From Candidatus Melainabacteria bacterium 17Bon1m (lineage in GTDB: Bacteria > Cyanobacteriota > Vampirovibrionia > Obscuribacterales > Obscuribacteraceae), in NCBI GenBank assembly GCA_032128875.1, contig JAVLKG010000002.1:352001-416000 (forward strand): DNA of 64,000 bases, given 5' to 3'. The position numbers were made by a program, and so were the translations under genes. Below are positions 29,558-40,436 of this stretch, piece by piece. Every line of letters starts with the position of its first letter. The first letter of the stretch is position 1. The notes under the pieces are model-generated. The model was given only the letters and a program-made list of their open reading frames with translations. It did no database searches and had not been told where the DNA came from.

Positions 29558-30226
29558 ATGTCGGTTTTAATCGCTCCATCAATTTTGTCCGCGGATTTTG
29601 CCAACCTGGGCGCTGACATAAAGCGCGCCGAGGATGCGAAGGCCGACTGGATTCACGTCGACGTAATGGACGGCCACTTTGTCCCCAACCTGACAATTGG
29701 CGCTCCTGTGGTGAAAAGCTTGCGGAAGGCAACTAAGTTGCCGTTTGATGTTCACCTCATGATCACCGACCCTGACCAATATCTCCAGGACTTCGCCGAT
29801 GCCGGTGCTGACTACATAACCGTGCACTCAGAAGCCTGCGTTCATTTACAGCGTACTCTTTCACATATTCGCAGTCTGGGCAAAAAGGCTGGCGTTGCAC
29901 TTAATCCGGCTACTCCTGCCGAACATTTGAAATATGTGCTCGAGGACATCGACCTTGTCCTCGTTATGTCTGTCAATCCGGGCTTTGGCGGGCAGAAATT
30001 CCTGGCTTCGGTTTTGCCGAAAATTGCCAGAGTAAGGGAAATGTTCAATGAAATCGGCCGCAAAGACGTAAGAATTTCGGTTGATGGTGGTATCAATCCC
30101 GATACCGCAAAGGAAGCTATTGATCACGGTGCAGACGTGTTGGTAGCAGGCAAAAGTGTTTATGGCGCAGCCGATATGAAGGCTGCAATCTCGCAAATCA
30201 GACAAGAGACCGTCTCAGTAAAGTGA
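29558..30226 (+). CDS. rpe: ribulose-phosphate 3-epimerase
   Basis: [38 protein letters not shown] and VDGGIN motifs. Confidence 0.97.
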   Translation: MSVLIAPSILSADFANLGADIKRAEDAKADWIHVDVMDGHFVPNLTIGAPVVKSLRKATKLPFDVHLMITDPDQYLQDFADAGADYITVHSEACVHLQRTLSHIRSLGKKAGVALNPATPAEHLKYVLEDIDLVLVMSVNPGFGGQKFLASVLPKIARVREMFNEIGRKDVRISVDGGINPDTAKEAIDHGADVLVAGKSVYGAADMKAAISQIRQETVSVK

Positions 30227-30237
30227 AGGAGCTAAAT

Positions 30238-30825
30238 ATGGCTGGCGTGAACTGTTTAAACATGGCAAAAGCGACCCTCGTTTGGGTGGCGGCAATTGCC
30301 TGCATTACTCCTGCAGAAGCTAGAGGCGATGACTTCATTATGGATACCGATTGCATCGGTAAGAGCAACAATGGAGTTGTTACTTCAGATCAATTCTTGG
30401 AACTGGGAGTGCCGACTTCTAACGCTCTGCGTCTGGAAGGTGAGCAGTCTATGCGTATCGGCAATCTGGACAGAGCCCTCACTGTACTGCAGCGTTCTGT
30501 GGAGATGGCTCCGATGGATATCGACGGACGTATTCTTTACGGAGAAGCGCTGGAGAAAAAACTGTTGAAGCAGAAAAAGCGCGACCCAAAACTCTATAAT
30601 TTCATCGTCAAGCAATGGCTTTATGTTGCGAAGAAAGCAGAATTTGCAGATCAGCAAATGATTGGCATCAACCACCTTATGGGCTTGACCGGTACTCGTC
30701 CGGGACGTTGGGAAAAAGAGCCGAAATTCCTTGCACGCGTGCTCGTTCCAGAAGATGCGGCAGTAAAAATTGGCGGCTCAGGTCAAGCAGCTGCAGCTAA
30801 GAAGAAGAAAGACGAAGACATGTAA
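30238..30825 (+). CDS. exported TPR-like protein
   Basis: AAGGAG SD before the ATG at 30238, a signal-peptide-like segment (AEA-R) and a single TPR-like unit. Confidence 0.6.
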   Translation: MAGVNCLNMAKATLVWVAAIACITPAEARGDDFIMDTDCIGKSNNGVVTSDQFLELGVPTSNALRLEGEQSMRIGNLDRALTVLQRSVEMAPMDIDGRILYGEALEKKLLKQKKRDPKLYNFIVKQWLYVAKKAEFADQQMIGINHLMGLTGTRPGRWEKEPKFLARVLVPEDAAVKIGGSGQAAAAKKKKDEDM

Positions 30826-30855
30826 TTTCGCTTTGTTCTTTGAGAACACTTGTTT

Positions 30856-30890
30856 AAGACCGGCTTTATTGAGAGCCGGTCTTTTTCTTT
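30856..30890 (+). terminator. intrinsic terminator of the rpe operon
   Basis: AAGACCGGCT-N8-AGCCGGTCTT followed by TTTCTTT. Overlaps the stop codon of the convergent gene. Confidence 0.75.
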
Positions 30891-31372
30891 GCCGCCCATT
30901 TGATCATGTTCTTGATCATTCTAACGATTCCGTATATCGTCGAAACTATCCCTATGATCATCCACGTCCATGGCGAGTGTTGTTTGACCAGATGGGTATG
31001 TACGTGTGCCATTTGTTGCGTTGATGACTCGGAAAAAACTGACACGTACGGTGACTTTTGGGCGGTCAATTGCTCGCGTGCCTTATTCATCTCCGATGTC
31101 AGCGTCTCGACCGGAATAAACGTTCCTACAAGCAGAACAAATCCGATAATCACGTTCAAAACACCGAATACCAGCCACGGCCAGCTGGGTTTCCAGAAAA
31201 ACAATAGTGGAAAAAAACCGATCAAAAGAAGCGCGTCGGGCACCCACATCAATGGGTTATCTGCAGGAATTACAAAAGCCAGTGCAAATCCGAGAATCCA
31301 GAGCACTGCCGAAACAATGCCCGCAATTTTGCTTGCCGACATCTTTTTAGATGTTTCTGCGACTTGCGTCAC
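30866..31372 (-). CDS. four-helix integral membrane protein
   Basis: Four hydrophobic segments. Its start overlaps the end of the TOPRIM gene. Confidence 0.7.
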   Translation of the reverse strand: MTQVAETSKKMSASKIAGIVSAVLWILGFALAFVIPADNPLMWVPDALLLIGFFPLLFFWKPSWPWLVFGVLNVIIGFVLLVGTFIPVETLTSEMNKAREQLTAQKSPYVSVFSESSTQQMAHVHTHLVKQHSPWTWMIIGIVSTIYGIVRMIKNMIKWAAKKKTGSQ

Positions 31373-32531
31373 TGTCGTCTCCCCACTTAGCTTCCATCGC
31401 TTCGATCATCGAGCCGAAGTCAAATGGTACATCTCCTTTGGTTTTGATCGTTTGAGCAACAAACCCGGCAAATTCAACTTTATCAAAATCTCCCAGAGAT
31501 TTTTCTCGCCAAATTTTGTTCAATACAAGAGTGCGTTTCACTTCGGGAGGAAACTGTTCTTTCTTTAGCGGTTCGAACTCTATAAGAGAAGGAGCGCTTT
31601 CTCCTGTCATTGACTGGAGATATCGGTTCAAAAGCTGCACGAAACGCGTAATTTCGAAGGTGTCTTCGAATTCGCCCGATGGAAGGCTGAATATCAAATC
31701 ATTGTTTTGCAGATGCTGCGAAATTATCTCGAATTGACTCTCAGCGTCGCCATCAAGCAGGCATGCTATTGGTAGCAGCGTTGCTTCCCGAAACGAGAGA
31801 AAGCGCTTCGTTACTTGATTTGCACCGCCGCCTGATATCATTAGTATGCGATAGTCGGCAAAATCAAAGCCATATAGTTGCGCAAAAATAGGAACAAGAA
31901 TCGCTTCCGTTTGACCTTCTACCAGCAAAAGCTTCTCCGGCAGAAATTCAGGCGGTAAGTCAGGTCGCATCTCGTTTAGATGTTCATCAAAAATTTCTAG
32001 AATCGTTTGAACTACGCCACCACTTACAGTGCCAGTCTCGAGTTCTAACTGACTTTCGATTCGATTGGCAACGGTAAACAAAAATGAGATTACGGCTGAT
32101 TCTTCGCTTTGAGATTCAGAAAATTCTTCCTGCAGATCAGATAACACAGATGCCAAAAACTCTACCGATATGGCTGCCCAGCATATTTTATCCTCGGTCC
32201 AAGCGAGTGCCAATTTCATGTGGTCATACAAGCACCGGTCGATTTGCTTCAGTACGACGCAAGGATTGAAGTTTTGAAATTGCTTGTTGTTTGAAAGAAC
32301 ATTCGCAACGCGCTTGAAGCATATTGAGTCGAAAATGTCGGCATCAGTAATTGCAAATGCGAGTGCCGCAAGTTTGAATGACAGTTTTGGTTCAAAGAGT
32401 TGCTCATTGTGCGCGCCAAACTCTTTGAAGAACCTTTCACGTTTCATCGCTTTTCGAAGACGTGATTCGGGCTCATCAAAGGAGAGCCAATGTGCAATTG
32501 TTCGCTCTTTGTGAAGGGTTCTGTTAAGCAA
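31347..32531 (-). CDS. OLD-family-like TOPRIM domain protein without ATPase domain
   Basis: LLLVEGQTE, ISGGG, CLLDGD and GEFED motifs in the C-terminal half. No Walker A motif in the N-terminal half. Confidence 0.7.
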   Translation of the reverse strand: MLNRTLHKERTIAHWLSFDEPESRLRKAMKRERFFKEFGAHNEQLFEPKLSFKLAALAFAITDADIFDSICFKRVANVLSNNKQFQNFNPCVVLKQIDRCLYDHMKLALAWTEDKICWAAISVEFLASVLSDLQEEFSESQSEESAVISFLFTVANRIESQLELETGTVSGGVVQTILEIFDEHLNEMRPDLPPEFLPEKLLLVEGQTEAILVPIFAQLYGFDFADYRILMISGGGANQVTKRFLSFREATLLPIACLLDGDAESQFEIISQHLQNNDLIFSLPSGEFEDTFEITRFVQLLNRYLQSMTGESAPSLIEFEPLKKEQFPPEVKRTLVLNKIWREKSLGDFDKVEFAGFVAQTIKTKGDVPFDFGSMIEAMEAKWGDDSDASRRNI

Positions 32532-32718
32532 AACGTCTCAACTGTGAGTTTGATTAGAAACCGCAAATCCCTGGACAGCGCCTGTTTTCGGTAATCCAGG
32601 ATGGACTTACGGCAGCATCGTACCATGTTCGCGTTTGTTGTTCGTGTTTACCCCCTTCTTATCGGCTCTTTATTGAATTAGTCTATAAATCTTCCTTCCG
32701 CCAAAGGGCATCGGAATA

Positions 32719-34107
32719 ATGTCTGTCGCCGTAGACGACACAACTGAACAGCGCGCGGATGACGTCATTATCCGTGGTTCGACTTGGGCAGCCATCTGGC
32801 ACATGTCCTGGCCGCTCCTTTTGAACATGTGCACTATTTCAATTGCCAGCTTTGCAGATGTTTGGGTCGCCGGGCAACTTGGTTCATCCACGCAGGCTGC
32901 AATTGGTATTTGCGGTCAAATCGGGTTTTTCATGATCATGCTGGCGGTTGCACTTTCCGCTGGGACAACCGCTTTGGTCAGTCGTTTTTGGGGTGCCGGA
33001 GACTTCAAGGGGGCAGTTGAAGCTGCCCGTTATTCACTTGTCTTCGCTTTCATTTTCGGCTGTGTGTCCGGCGGCATCGGGCTGCTCGTCGCCCGCCCCC
33101 TGGTTCGGCTCCTGGGTGCCTCCCCAGAGGTTGAAGAACAAGGATGGCAGTATTTGAGGCTCGACTTGCTCAGCCACATTCCGTTTACCGTCCTCTGGGT
33201 GTCGAATTCAATCTTCAGAGCCAAGGGCGACGCCCGCGTGCCTATGATGACCTGGATATTGATGACGACATTGATTTGCTCGCTAGATGTCGGGCTCTGT
33301 CTTGGCCCTATCAAAATGGGTGTTGCAGGAATCGGGCTTTCCTGGCTGATTGCCGGTACTGTAGGAGTGATTTTTTCCACTTTCATTCTTTCCAAATCAG
33401 AATTGAAAGAGTGTCTCTCTTTCAAAGGCAAGTTCGACAAAGCTCAATCAAAGGAGTGGCTCGGCAGGCTCTTGCGTATTGGAATTCCTGCCTGCATTCA
33501 AGACCTTTCCTGGGTGGGTGGCAACTTCCTTCTGCTATTCATTTTGTCCCATACTCAAGATCCGACGTCTGCTCAAGCGGCATGGGGTGTAGGTTTGCGC
33601 GTCGAAGAAATGATCGGTGGCATGCCGATTTATGCACTTTCGATGGCCGTAGGCACGATAGTTGGTCAAAACCTCGGCGCCAAGCAGCCTGACAGAGCAG
33701 TTAGAGCAGGTTGGCAAGTCGCCGCAATGGGCGCTGGCTTTAACCTGCTTGTGGCAATCTTGCTATATACATTTGCTCGCGAAATCGCCGGCATCATGAG
33801 TATTGACGCCAAAGTAATTCATTACACAAGCGATTATTTCCGCTGGGTGGGAATTTGCCAGCCGTTTGTTGCACTGTGGTTGATTCTCTTCGGAGCAATG
33901 CAGGGCGCTGGTTACACGCGCTGGCCAATGATTGCCAGCACATTGGTTCTAACAGTTTTCAGGCTTCCATTAGCCTGGTATCTGAGCGTCAATCTTAATT
34001 GGGGACCAACCGGTACTTGGGCAGCTGTTTCTGTCTCGGTTTTTATTATCGGAGCACTTGCCATCTGGCGCTTCAACACTGGCGTTTGGAAAGAGCAAAA
34101 AGTATAA
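32719..34107 (+). CDS. MATE family efflux transporter
   Basis: About 12 TM segments, with VSRFWGA, FRAKGDARVPM, IVGQNLGA and QGAGYT repeats. Confidence 0.92.
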   Translation: MSVAVDDTTEQRADDVIIRGSTWAAIWHMSWPLLLNMCTISIASFADVWVAGQLGSSTQAAIGICGQIGFFMIMLAVALSAGTTALVSRFWGAGDFKGAVEAARYSLVFAFIFGCVSGGIGLLVARPLVRLLGASPEVEEQGWQYLRLDLLSHIPFTVLWVSNSIFRAKGDARVPMMTWILMTTLICSLDVGLCLGPIKMGVAGIGLSWLIAGTVGVIFSTFILSKSELKECLSFKGKFDKAQSKEWLGRLLRIGIPACIQDLSWVGGNFLLLFILSHTQDPTSAQAAWGVGLRVEEMIGGMPIYALSMAVGTIVGQNLGAKQPDRAVRAGWQVAAMGAGFNLLVAILLYTFAREIAGIMSIDAKVIHYTSDYFRWVGICQPFVALWLILFGAMQGAGYTRWPMIASTLVLTVFRLPLAWYLSVNLNWGPTGTWAAVSVSVFIIGALAIWRFNTGVWKEQKV

Positions 34108-34134
34108 AGCGTTTGGTTGTTCAATTTTGGGATT

Positions 34135-34159
34135 GAACTTTTTGCCTCGCCGCTACGTA
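34135..34159 (+). promoter_or_regulatory. candidate ECF-sigma promoter
   Basis: GAAC-N17-CGTA upstream of the radC-like gene, with the same spacing as the site before the ECF sigma gene. Confidence 0.4.
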
Positions 34160-34247
34160 TAGAAATGAAGGCAGGAAAATTCAGAGGGGGTGAGAGACAT
34201 CCCCGCTGAGCATTCTTGCCTGAGCGTGACTAGAGTAGGAGGTGTTT

Positions 34248-34844
34248 ATGCTTACAATCCAAAGTCAAGTACAGGCGCTGGAGAACACAACAAATGATGT
34301 TGCTGCAGACGGGTCTATAGTAAATTTTGAAACTCCAGATAAAACAAAGCCCAGGAAGAAAAGCTACAAAAATCGAGTTGCCTACGCATTGCCTCAATTA
34401 AAACTATGCCTCGTCGGCGAGCCGTCCAGAGCTAGAAAGTTGATTGCTATTCAAGCGCCAGAAGATGTAGCCCGTTTTCTCAACCCTCTGAGATATGCGG
34501 CAGAGGAGCATTTTGTCAGTATTCATTTGAACGCCAGACACGAAGTGTTGGGTCTTCATGAGGTTTCGCACGGCTCATTGTCAGCCTCTCTTGTCCACCC
34601 TCGCGAGGTCTTCAAGGCAGCTATACTCGCCAATAGCTATGCAATCATCGTTTGTCACAATCATCCTTCCGGCTCGAAAGTGGTACCAAGCAAGGAAGAC
34701 CTTGAGACAACCGGGCAGCTTTTCAGCGCCGGAAAGCTTCTAGGTGTGACATTGATCGATCACCTTATCGTTGGTCCGGGACTGAAGAAAAATACCGTTT
34801 ACAGCATTAGAGAGCATTATCCCGAGCTTTGGAAGACTTCTTGA
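34248..34844 (+). CDS. RadC-like JAB-domain protein (short form)
   Basis: AGGAGG SD, EEHF, VHPREVFK, HNHPSG, S..D and LIDHLIV motifs. No HhH region. Confidence 0.88.
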   Translation: MLTIQSQVQALENTTNDVAADGSIVNFETPDKTKPRKKSYKNRVAYALPQLKLCLVGEPSRARKLIAIQAPEDVARFLNPLRYAAEEHFVSIHLNARHEVLGLHEVSHGSLSASLVHPREVFKAAILANSYAIIVCHNHPSGSKVVPSKEDLETTGQLFSAGKLLGVTLIDHLIVGPGLKKNTVYSIREHYPELWKTS

Positions 34845-34990
34845 AGCGTTTGGGTACCACAAAGTAAAGCAAAGCAAAACGGCCTAAACCCTTAACCTGA
34901 GTGGGGTTTTAGACGTGAATATGAGAAGCCTCAGGATTCCGAATTGCGGTTGTGATATCGTGAACCTGCGACTTTGGCAGACTGGTACAC

Positions 34991-36217
34991 ATGAATCGCG
35001 CAGAAAAACGAAAATCCATCAAGGTTCAGGTTGGCAATCAGTACATCGGCGGTGACGCCGAAGTGCTTGTGCAGTCAATGACAAATACACCGACCGAAGA
35101 TCCTGAGGCGACTGCAAATCAGGTAAGAGAACTTTATGACGCCGGATCTGAAATAGTTCGCATTACTGTCAATACAAGAGAAGCTGCAAAGCAGGTTCCT
35201 TTCATCGTTTCACGCCTTGAAAAAATGGGTGTGGACGTTCCACTCGTTGGCGACTTCCACTACAACGGTCATATACTTCTGACGGAGTTTCAAGACTGCG
35301 CTCGTTTGCTTGCGAAGTATCGTGTTAATCCCGGCAATGTTGGTCGGGGAGAAAAGCACGACGAAAATTTCAAAGCGATGATCGACTGCGCCATCAAGTA
35401 CGAAAAGCCGGTGCGCATTGGCGTCAATTGGGGCTCACTCGATCAAGACTTGCTCAAGCGCATGATGGACGAGAACGCCGCTCTGAAAGAACCTCAGGAC
35501 GCGCACGAAGTTCTTATCGAAGCCATCGTTGAAAGTGCTGTGCAATCCGCGGCTAAAGCAGTTGAGTATGGTTTGCCGAAAAACCGCATAGTGCTTAGCG
35601 CAAAAGTTTCTGAAGTGCCGGATATGATCGAGGTCTACCGGCGATTGGCTTCGCGCACAGATCTGGCTCTGCACCTTGGACTCACTGAAGCAGGCATGGC
35701 GATGAAAGGTATGGTCGCATCGAGTGCTGCGCTATCGGTTTTGCTATTCGAAGGCATAGGCGATACCATTCGTGTCAGTCTCACGCCCGAGCCCGGCGCT
35801 GACCGCGCCAAAGAAGTGCATGTTTGCCAGCAGATTTTGCAATCTTTGCATATTCGCAGTTTCAAACCACAAGTCACTGCCTGCCCAGGTTGCGGCAGAA
35901 CAACAAGTACTGTCTTTCAAGAATTGGCAAAAGAAATTGAAGAACATCTTTCCAGTAGAAGGAAAGAGTGGCAAGAACTTTATCCTGCTTCGAAAGACTT
36001 GAAGGTCGCCGTTATGGGCTGCATCGTCAACGGACCCGGCGAATCACGCCACGCCGACATCGGCATCTCTTTGCCAGGCACTGGTGAAGAGCCTCGCGCT
36101 CCTGTTTATGTCGACGGTGAGCATAAGACGACGCTTTCCGGTCCCAATCTCGCCAATGATTTCATCAACCTGGTCGATGATTACGTGAAGAAGAGCTTCG
36201 CCAAAACCAACAACTAG
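34991..36217 (+). CDS. ispG: (E)-4-hydroxy-3-methylbut-2-enyl-diphosphate synthase
   Basis: [51 protein letters not shown] and [10 protein letters not shown] motifs. Confidence 0.96.
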   Translation: MNRAEKRKSIKVQVGNQYIGGDAEVLVQSMTNTPTEDPEATANQVRELYDAGSEIVRITVNTREAAKQVPFIVSRLEKMGVDVPLVGDFHYNGHILLTEFQDCARLLAKYRVNPGNVGRGEKHDENFKAMIDCAIKYEKPVRIGVNWGSLDQDLLKRMMDENAALKEPQDAHEVLIEAIVESAVQSAAKAVEYGLPKNRIVLSAKVSEVPDMIEVYRRLASRTDLALHLGLTEAGMAMKGMVASSAALSVLLFEGIGDTIRVSLTPEPGADRAKEVHVCQQILQSLHIRSFKPQVTACPGCGRTTSTVFQELAKEIEEHLSSRRKEWQELYPASKDLKVAVMGCIVNGPGESRHADIGISLPGTGEEPRAPVYVDGEHKTTLSGPNLANDFINLVDDYVKKSFAKTNN

Positions 36218-38277
36218 TGCTTGATGATGACGGTTGGAAGTGTTCGCTGAAGCCGTTCGAAGTCTTCCTTTGTCCACGCGTCGGTGGTTAAACTTAGCTC
36301 TCTGAGTTTTTTGAAACGCTTAAATGAATCAATGCATTTCGGTGATAGGTCGCAGAAGTAGAGAAAAAGGCTTTCGACGTTGGCTGGTAATAATGGGATA
36401 CATTCATCGGTGAATTTTGAACTGCCTCGCACATCGAGAATGCTCAAATCTAAGCAATGAGTTAGTCCGCGGATTGCGCTCGAGTCTACGTCGCAATCGC
36501 GCATTATCAACCTGTGTATTTTTTTTGATTTCCCTAATTCCTCAGTAATCAAATTTACGCCGCGCATGTCCTTCAGTGCGAGTACTTTTAGCTTGCTCAG
36601 AATTTGAGGCTCTGCGACTTCATTACTCTGCAGGTTGATTTTAGACAGCCATAGCTCCTCGAGGTTTGGCAGTGCTTTTAGTCTATTGAAATTTTCAGGA
36701 CGAATCGTTGTGTTGTCCAAAGACAGAGTCGAAATGCTTTTGAGTTTTACAACATAAGGAATCATGTGATCTACGGACAGCAATTTCTTGTCCATGAATG
36801 GCGCTTGGTCTTCCGGAAAATAGAGGTCAAGAAAACTGACTTCGTCTTCTCTAAATCGATTTAGAAATTGAGGATACTCGCGTATTTTATCGACTGGCCG
36901 AAATACAACCGGTTCGAATTTTGGTGGACTCTGGATATCGCCGACAGCCAGCATCGTGGGTAAATTTGCGAATCCAAAAGTGCCAATTGGCTCGGGTGGA
37001 AAATGAAAAACTCTCCTTCCTGTTTTGTCTTTTAATTCGGAAAATTTCGCTGGATTATTTGCGTACTCTGCATAAATGGTGCTGCTGGACTTTTCTATTC
37101 CTTTCTTCGACTCTTCCAAGGTTTGCTCGACACTCTCTTTCAGTCTCTCTTTCGTTTTTCCGCTGAATTCCGGGCGCTTTACGGTAAAAGTGTTTTGATA
37201 GCCCGGAAGAAAATAGCCGATTGCTATTCCTGCACCAAGTATCAAAACTCCTAGCAATCTTGCTTGTTTTCTGTCTAACTTCCAGTCGACTTCATGAATT
37301 GGCGGCGGCAGCGAGTTTATAACTGTACTGCTGGGAATTGAATCGAATGCCGCCAGGTGCGATGTCACTATCTGGGCTGACTGATAACGTTCACTTACGT
37401 TCTTTTCGAGAAGTTTATTGACTATTTGCTCAATTCTCTCGGGAAACTCAATTCCCATCGACGCTTCTTTCAATGTGAGGGGCGCTTCTGATTGATGTTT
37501 CATCATCGTTGACAGAGCTGTGTCTCCTACAAGTGGAGGCGCACCGGTAAGTGCTTCATAGATGACGCAACCCATCGAATACAAATCAGTTCGGTGATCG
37601 ATAGCACTGCCCATGCATTGCTCGGGGCTCATGTATAAAGGGCTGCCGAATATTTCTCCTGTTTTGGTTAGTGTCTGCTGATTGAAGTCGTCTCTTCCAG
37701 TCAACTTCGCAATGCCAAAATCGACGAGCTTAACTATTGAACCCGAGGTGGTTTCATTGCCTGGCTCTTGAAGCATGATATTGCTCGGTTTTATGTCCCG
37801 ATGAATAATTCCTTTGGAGTGAGCGTAGCCCAGCGCAAACCCAACCTGAACGAATATTTTGAGCACTTTCTCCAACGGTAGGCGACCGCGCGTCTTTAAA
37901 AGCTCAGCCAGCGACTGTCCTTGTACGAGATCCATAATGAAATACGGTTGTCCATTTGGAAGCAGACCGGACTCATGCACTTTGACCAAATTAGGATGAT
38001 CGAGACGATTGGTTGCATTGATCTCGTTTTCAAATCGCTTCCATGATGCGTCGTTTGACTGTTGTTTGTTCAGAAATTTAAGAGCATAGAAGCGTTTGGT
38101 TCTAATGTCCTCTACTTTGTAGACGCTACCCATTCCGCCACTTCCAAGCAGCTCAATGAGCTTATAGCGTTCTTGAATGAGGGCGCCATCTTTGACATCA
38201 AGCCATTCAAGATGGGCGGATTCACCCATCCGATGTACTTCTTGGCTTGGTTGCTGAGAATCAGGGGTTTTGCTCAT
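36214..38277 (-). CDS. Hanks-type Ser/Thr kinase-TM-LRR protein (4th in operon)
   Basis: [20 protein letters not shown] and YMSPEQ motifs, one TM helix and C-terminal LxxLxL repeats. Confidence 0.9.
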   Translation of the reverse strand: MSKTPDSQQPSQEVHRMGESAHLEWLDVKDGALIQERYKLIELLGSGGMGSVYKVEDIRTKRFYALKFLNKQQSNDASWKRFENEINATNRLDHPNLVKVHESGLLPNGQPYFIMDLVQGQSLAELLKTRGRLPLEKVLKIFVQVGFALGYAHSKGIIHRDIKPSNIMLQEPGNETTSGSIVKLVDFGIAKLTGRDDFNQQTLTKTGEIFGSPLYMSPEQCMGSAIDHRTDLYSMGCVIYEALTGAPPLVGDTALSTMMKHQSEAPLTLKEASMGIEFPERIEQIVNKLLEKNVSERYQSAQIVTSHLAAFDSIPSSTVINSLPPPIHEVDWKLDRKQARLLGVLILGAGIAIGYFLPGYQNTFTVKRPEFSGKTKERLKESVEQTLEESKKGIEKSSSTIYAEYANNPAKFSELKDKTGRRVFHFPPEPIGTFGFANLPTMLAVGDIQSPPKFEPVVFRPVDKIREYPQFLNRFREDEVSFLDLYFPEDQAPFMDKKLLSVDHMIPYVVKLKSISTLSLDNTTIRPENFNRLKALPNLEELWLSKINLQSNEVAEPQILSKLKVLALKDMRGVNLITEELGKSKKIHRLIMRDCDVDSSAIRGLTHCLDLSILDVRGSSKFTDECIPLLPANVESLFLYFCDLSPKCIDSFKRFKKLRELSLTTDAWTKEDFERLQRTLPTVIIKH

Positions 38278-40426
38278 TTGATACTCGCGCTGGTTTTAAC
38301 CGCCCTGTATGTTTTTCTTCTTCTGTAATCGCAAACTCGACTTCCAAATTTTGATTGCTGCTGAGCAGCTTATGAATATCGAAAGAAGAGAAAGATTCTC
38401 TGTCAACAATGAGCAGTCTTAAATTTTTCAGATGCTTAAAGTAGGGGAAAGAAGCGCTCGTAACTTTGCATTTGCTGATGTCTAGCAGCCTTAGAGTGTT
38501 TGGCAGTTTCTTGATTGTTTCATCAGTAATTTTCGTGCCTCTCAATTCCAATTCTGTCAGCATCGGCATTGTTGCAAATGCTTCTGCGTCTTTATCTGTA
38601 ATTGCGCACCTGCTCAGGCACAGATTGCGGATCTCTTTCGAACCTTTCAATCTTTCAATAACTGGGGTGACGCTTTCGTCTGTCACTAGTTTGAAATATT
38701 CGAGTTTTTTGAAGCCTTTGAATTTTGCAATTTCCGCCGCGCTCAGTTTGATGTGAGAAAGGCTCAAGACCTTCAAGTTCGCAAAGGTGTTAACGCATTG
38801 CCAACCTTTTGGACTGACTTCCGTTGCATTCATGTGCAGTTCTTTCAACGTCCGAAGGTGCGTAGCTTGGGAGAGTAAATTGTCGGTGCTTGAATAATCG
38901 ATAGTATCGATATTTATATCGGAGTACTGATTCTTGAGGCTTAGCCATTCAATTTCGTCCTCGCGAAATTTCTTGAAGAGCTTTGGATGAGACTTGAAAA
39001 TCCCATTGGGAGTAAAGGCAAGATGAGCTGATATAGGAAATTCTATGCTTCCTTTTGCCTTTTGAGGTTTGCCATATGTTTCACCGATTACACCAAGAGA
39101 AAAATCAGGGAAGTGGAAGATTCGAATCTTCCTTTTACCGTCGAGCGTTGCAAAATATCCTGCTTCCTTTTCCATCGCAGACAGCCTGGCGTGGCACATT
39201 TTGAAATGAGCAGGGGAGTATTCGTCGACAATGTCGCCGCCTTCATGCTTGATTTGCATATTTGGCGTTGGCGTGCGGGATAAGGCGTTGTCGGCATAAA
39301 GACGAACTTTTGGTATCTCGGGGGCGGGACGCGGTATACGCGTGCCAATGAAGGCCCCGACCAGAAGAATCCCTAGGTAAATTGACAGCAGTTTGAACAC
39401 GTAAAACGGGCGGATTTTTGTTTCGACTTTCGGTTCGACTTTGTCAAATACTGGAAAAGTGGTGTCCAGTCCGGAGTCGAAATTCACCAAATCCGAAGTA
39501 AAGGCTTGTGCTGTTTGATATCTGTCGTGAACTTCTTTCTTGAGCAGTCTGGCGATAATTCTTTCTATCTGCTCCGGATATTCGATACCTAGCGAAGCTT
39601 CTTTGAGTGGCAATGCGTCTTCCGATTGATGCTTCATCATCGTAGATAGTGCGCTGTCTCCCATGAGTGGCGGCGCACCGGTCAATGATTCGTAGAAAAC
39701 ACACCCGAGAGAATAGAGGTCTGAGCGGTGATCGACTCCGGCTCCCATGCACTGCTCTGGGCTCATGTACAGAGGGCTTCCAAATATCTCTCCTGTTTTC
39801 GTCAAGGTCATTTGCGTACAATCGTCTTTGCCTGTGAGTTTTGCAATTCCGAAATCAACAACTTTGACTATGGCACCAATCGTAGTATCGTCTTTGTTTT
39901 TCTCCAGCATTATGTTGCTGGGTTTGATGTCGCGGTGAATAACGCCGTTTGCGTGTGCATAGCTCAAAGCAAATCCGACTTGTATGAAGACTTTTACTGC
40001 TTGGCTTACAGACAATCTGCCTCTGGTCTTTAGAATGTCCGCAAGTGATTCACCTTGCACGAGATCCATTATGAAAAACGGCTGGCCGTCAGGTAAGAGC
40101 CCCCATTCATAAACCTTGATCAGGTTCGGATGGTCGAGCTTGTTTGACGTTTTTGCTTCAATGTCAAAACGCCTCCAGGTTGCTTCATTGGTGTGCTGCT
40201 TGTGCAAAAACTTAAGCGCATAGTTAAGTGCTGTTTCCAGGCTTTCTACCTTATAGACACTGCCCATGCCACCGCGTCCGAGCATTTCGATAACCTTGTA
40301 TCGCTCCAGAATAACGATGCCTGGCGCAAATTCCAAGACAGCAGGTGCTTCGGCGCTCAACGCCAGCGTCGCTTCTTGCGAATTGCTGTTGCCGTTAGGA
40401 TGCTGGTTATGTGCCGGATCTTTCAT
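38261..40426 (-). CDS. Hanks-type Ser/Thr kinase-TM-LRR protein (3rd in operon)
   Basis: [17 protein letters not shown] and SPEQ motifs, TM helix and LRRs (LKELHM, LKVLSL, LTELEL, LRLLDI). Confidence 0.9.
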   Translation of the reverse strand: MKDPAHNQHPNGNSNSQEATLALSAEAPAVLEFAPGIVILERYKVIEMLGRGGMGSVYKVESLETALNYALKFLHKQHTNEATWRRFDIEAKTSNKLDHPNLIKVYEWGLLPDGQPFFIMDLVQGESLADILKTRGRLSVSQAVKVFIQVGFALSYAHANGVIHRDIKPSNIMLEKNKDDTTIGAIVKVVDFGIAKLTGKDDCTQMTLTKTGEIFGSPLYMSPEQCMGAGVDHRSDLYSLGCVFYESLTGAPPLMGDSALSTMMKHQSEDALPLKEASLGIEYPEQIERIIARLLKKEVHDRYQTAQAFTSDLVNFDSGLDTTFPVFDKVEPKVETKIRPFYVFKLLSIYLGILLVGAFIGTRIPRPAPEIPKVRLYADNALSRTPTPNMQIKHEGGDIVDEYSPAHFKMCHARLSAMEKEAGYFATLDGKRKIRIFHFPDFSLGVIGETYGKPQKAKGSIEFPISAHLAFTPNGIFKSHPKLFKKFREDEIEWLSLKNQYSDINIDTIDYSSTDNLLSQATHLRTLKELHMNATEVSPKGWQCVNTFANLKVLSLSHIKLSAAEIAKFKGFKKLEYFKLVTDESVTPVIERLKGSKEIRNLCLSRCAITDKDAEAFATMPMLTELELRGTKITDETIKKLPNTLRLLDISKCKVTSASFPYFKHLKNLRLLIVDRESFSSFDIHKLLSSNQNLEVEFAITEEEKHTGRLKPARVSNEQNP

Positions 40427-40436
40427 TTCTCGCCCG

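Noticed and set aside
34248-34844. Prophage or ICE suggested by radC and the TOPRIM gene
   Set aside because: No integrase, att-like repeats, phage or conjugation genes are present, and the flanks are MATE and ispG.
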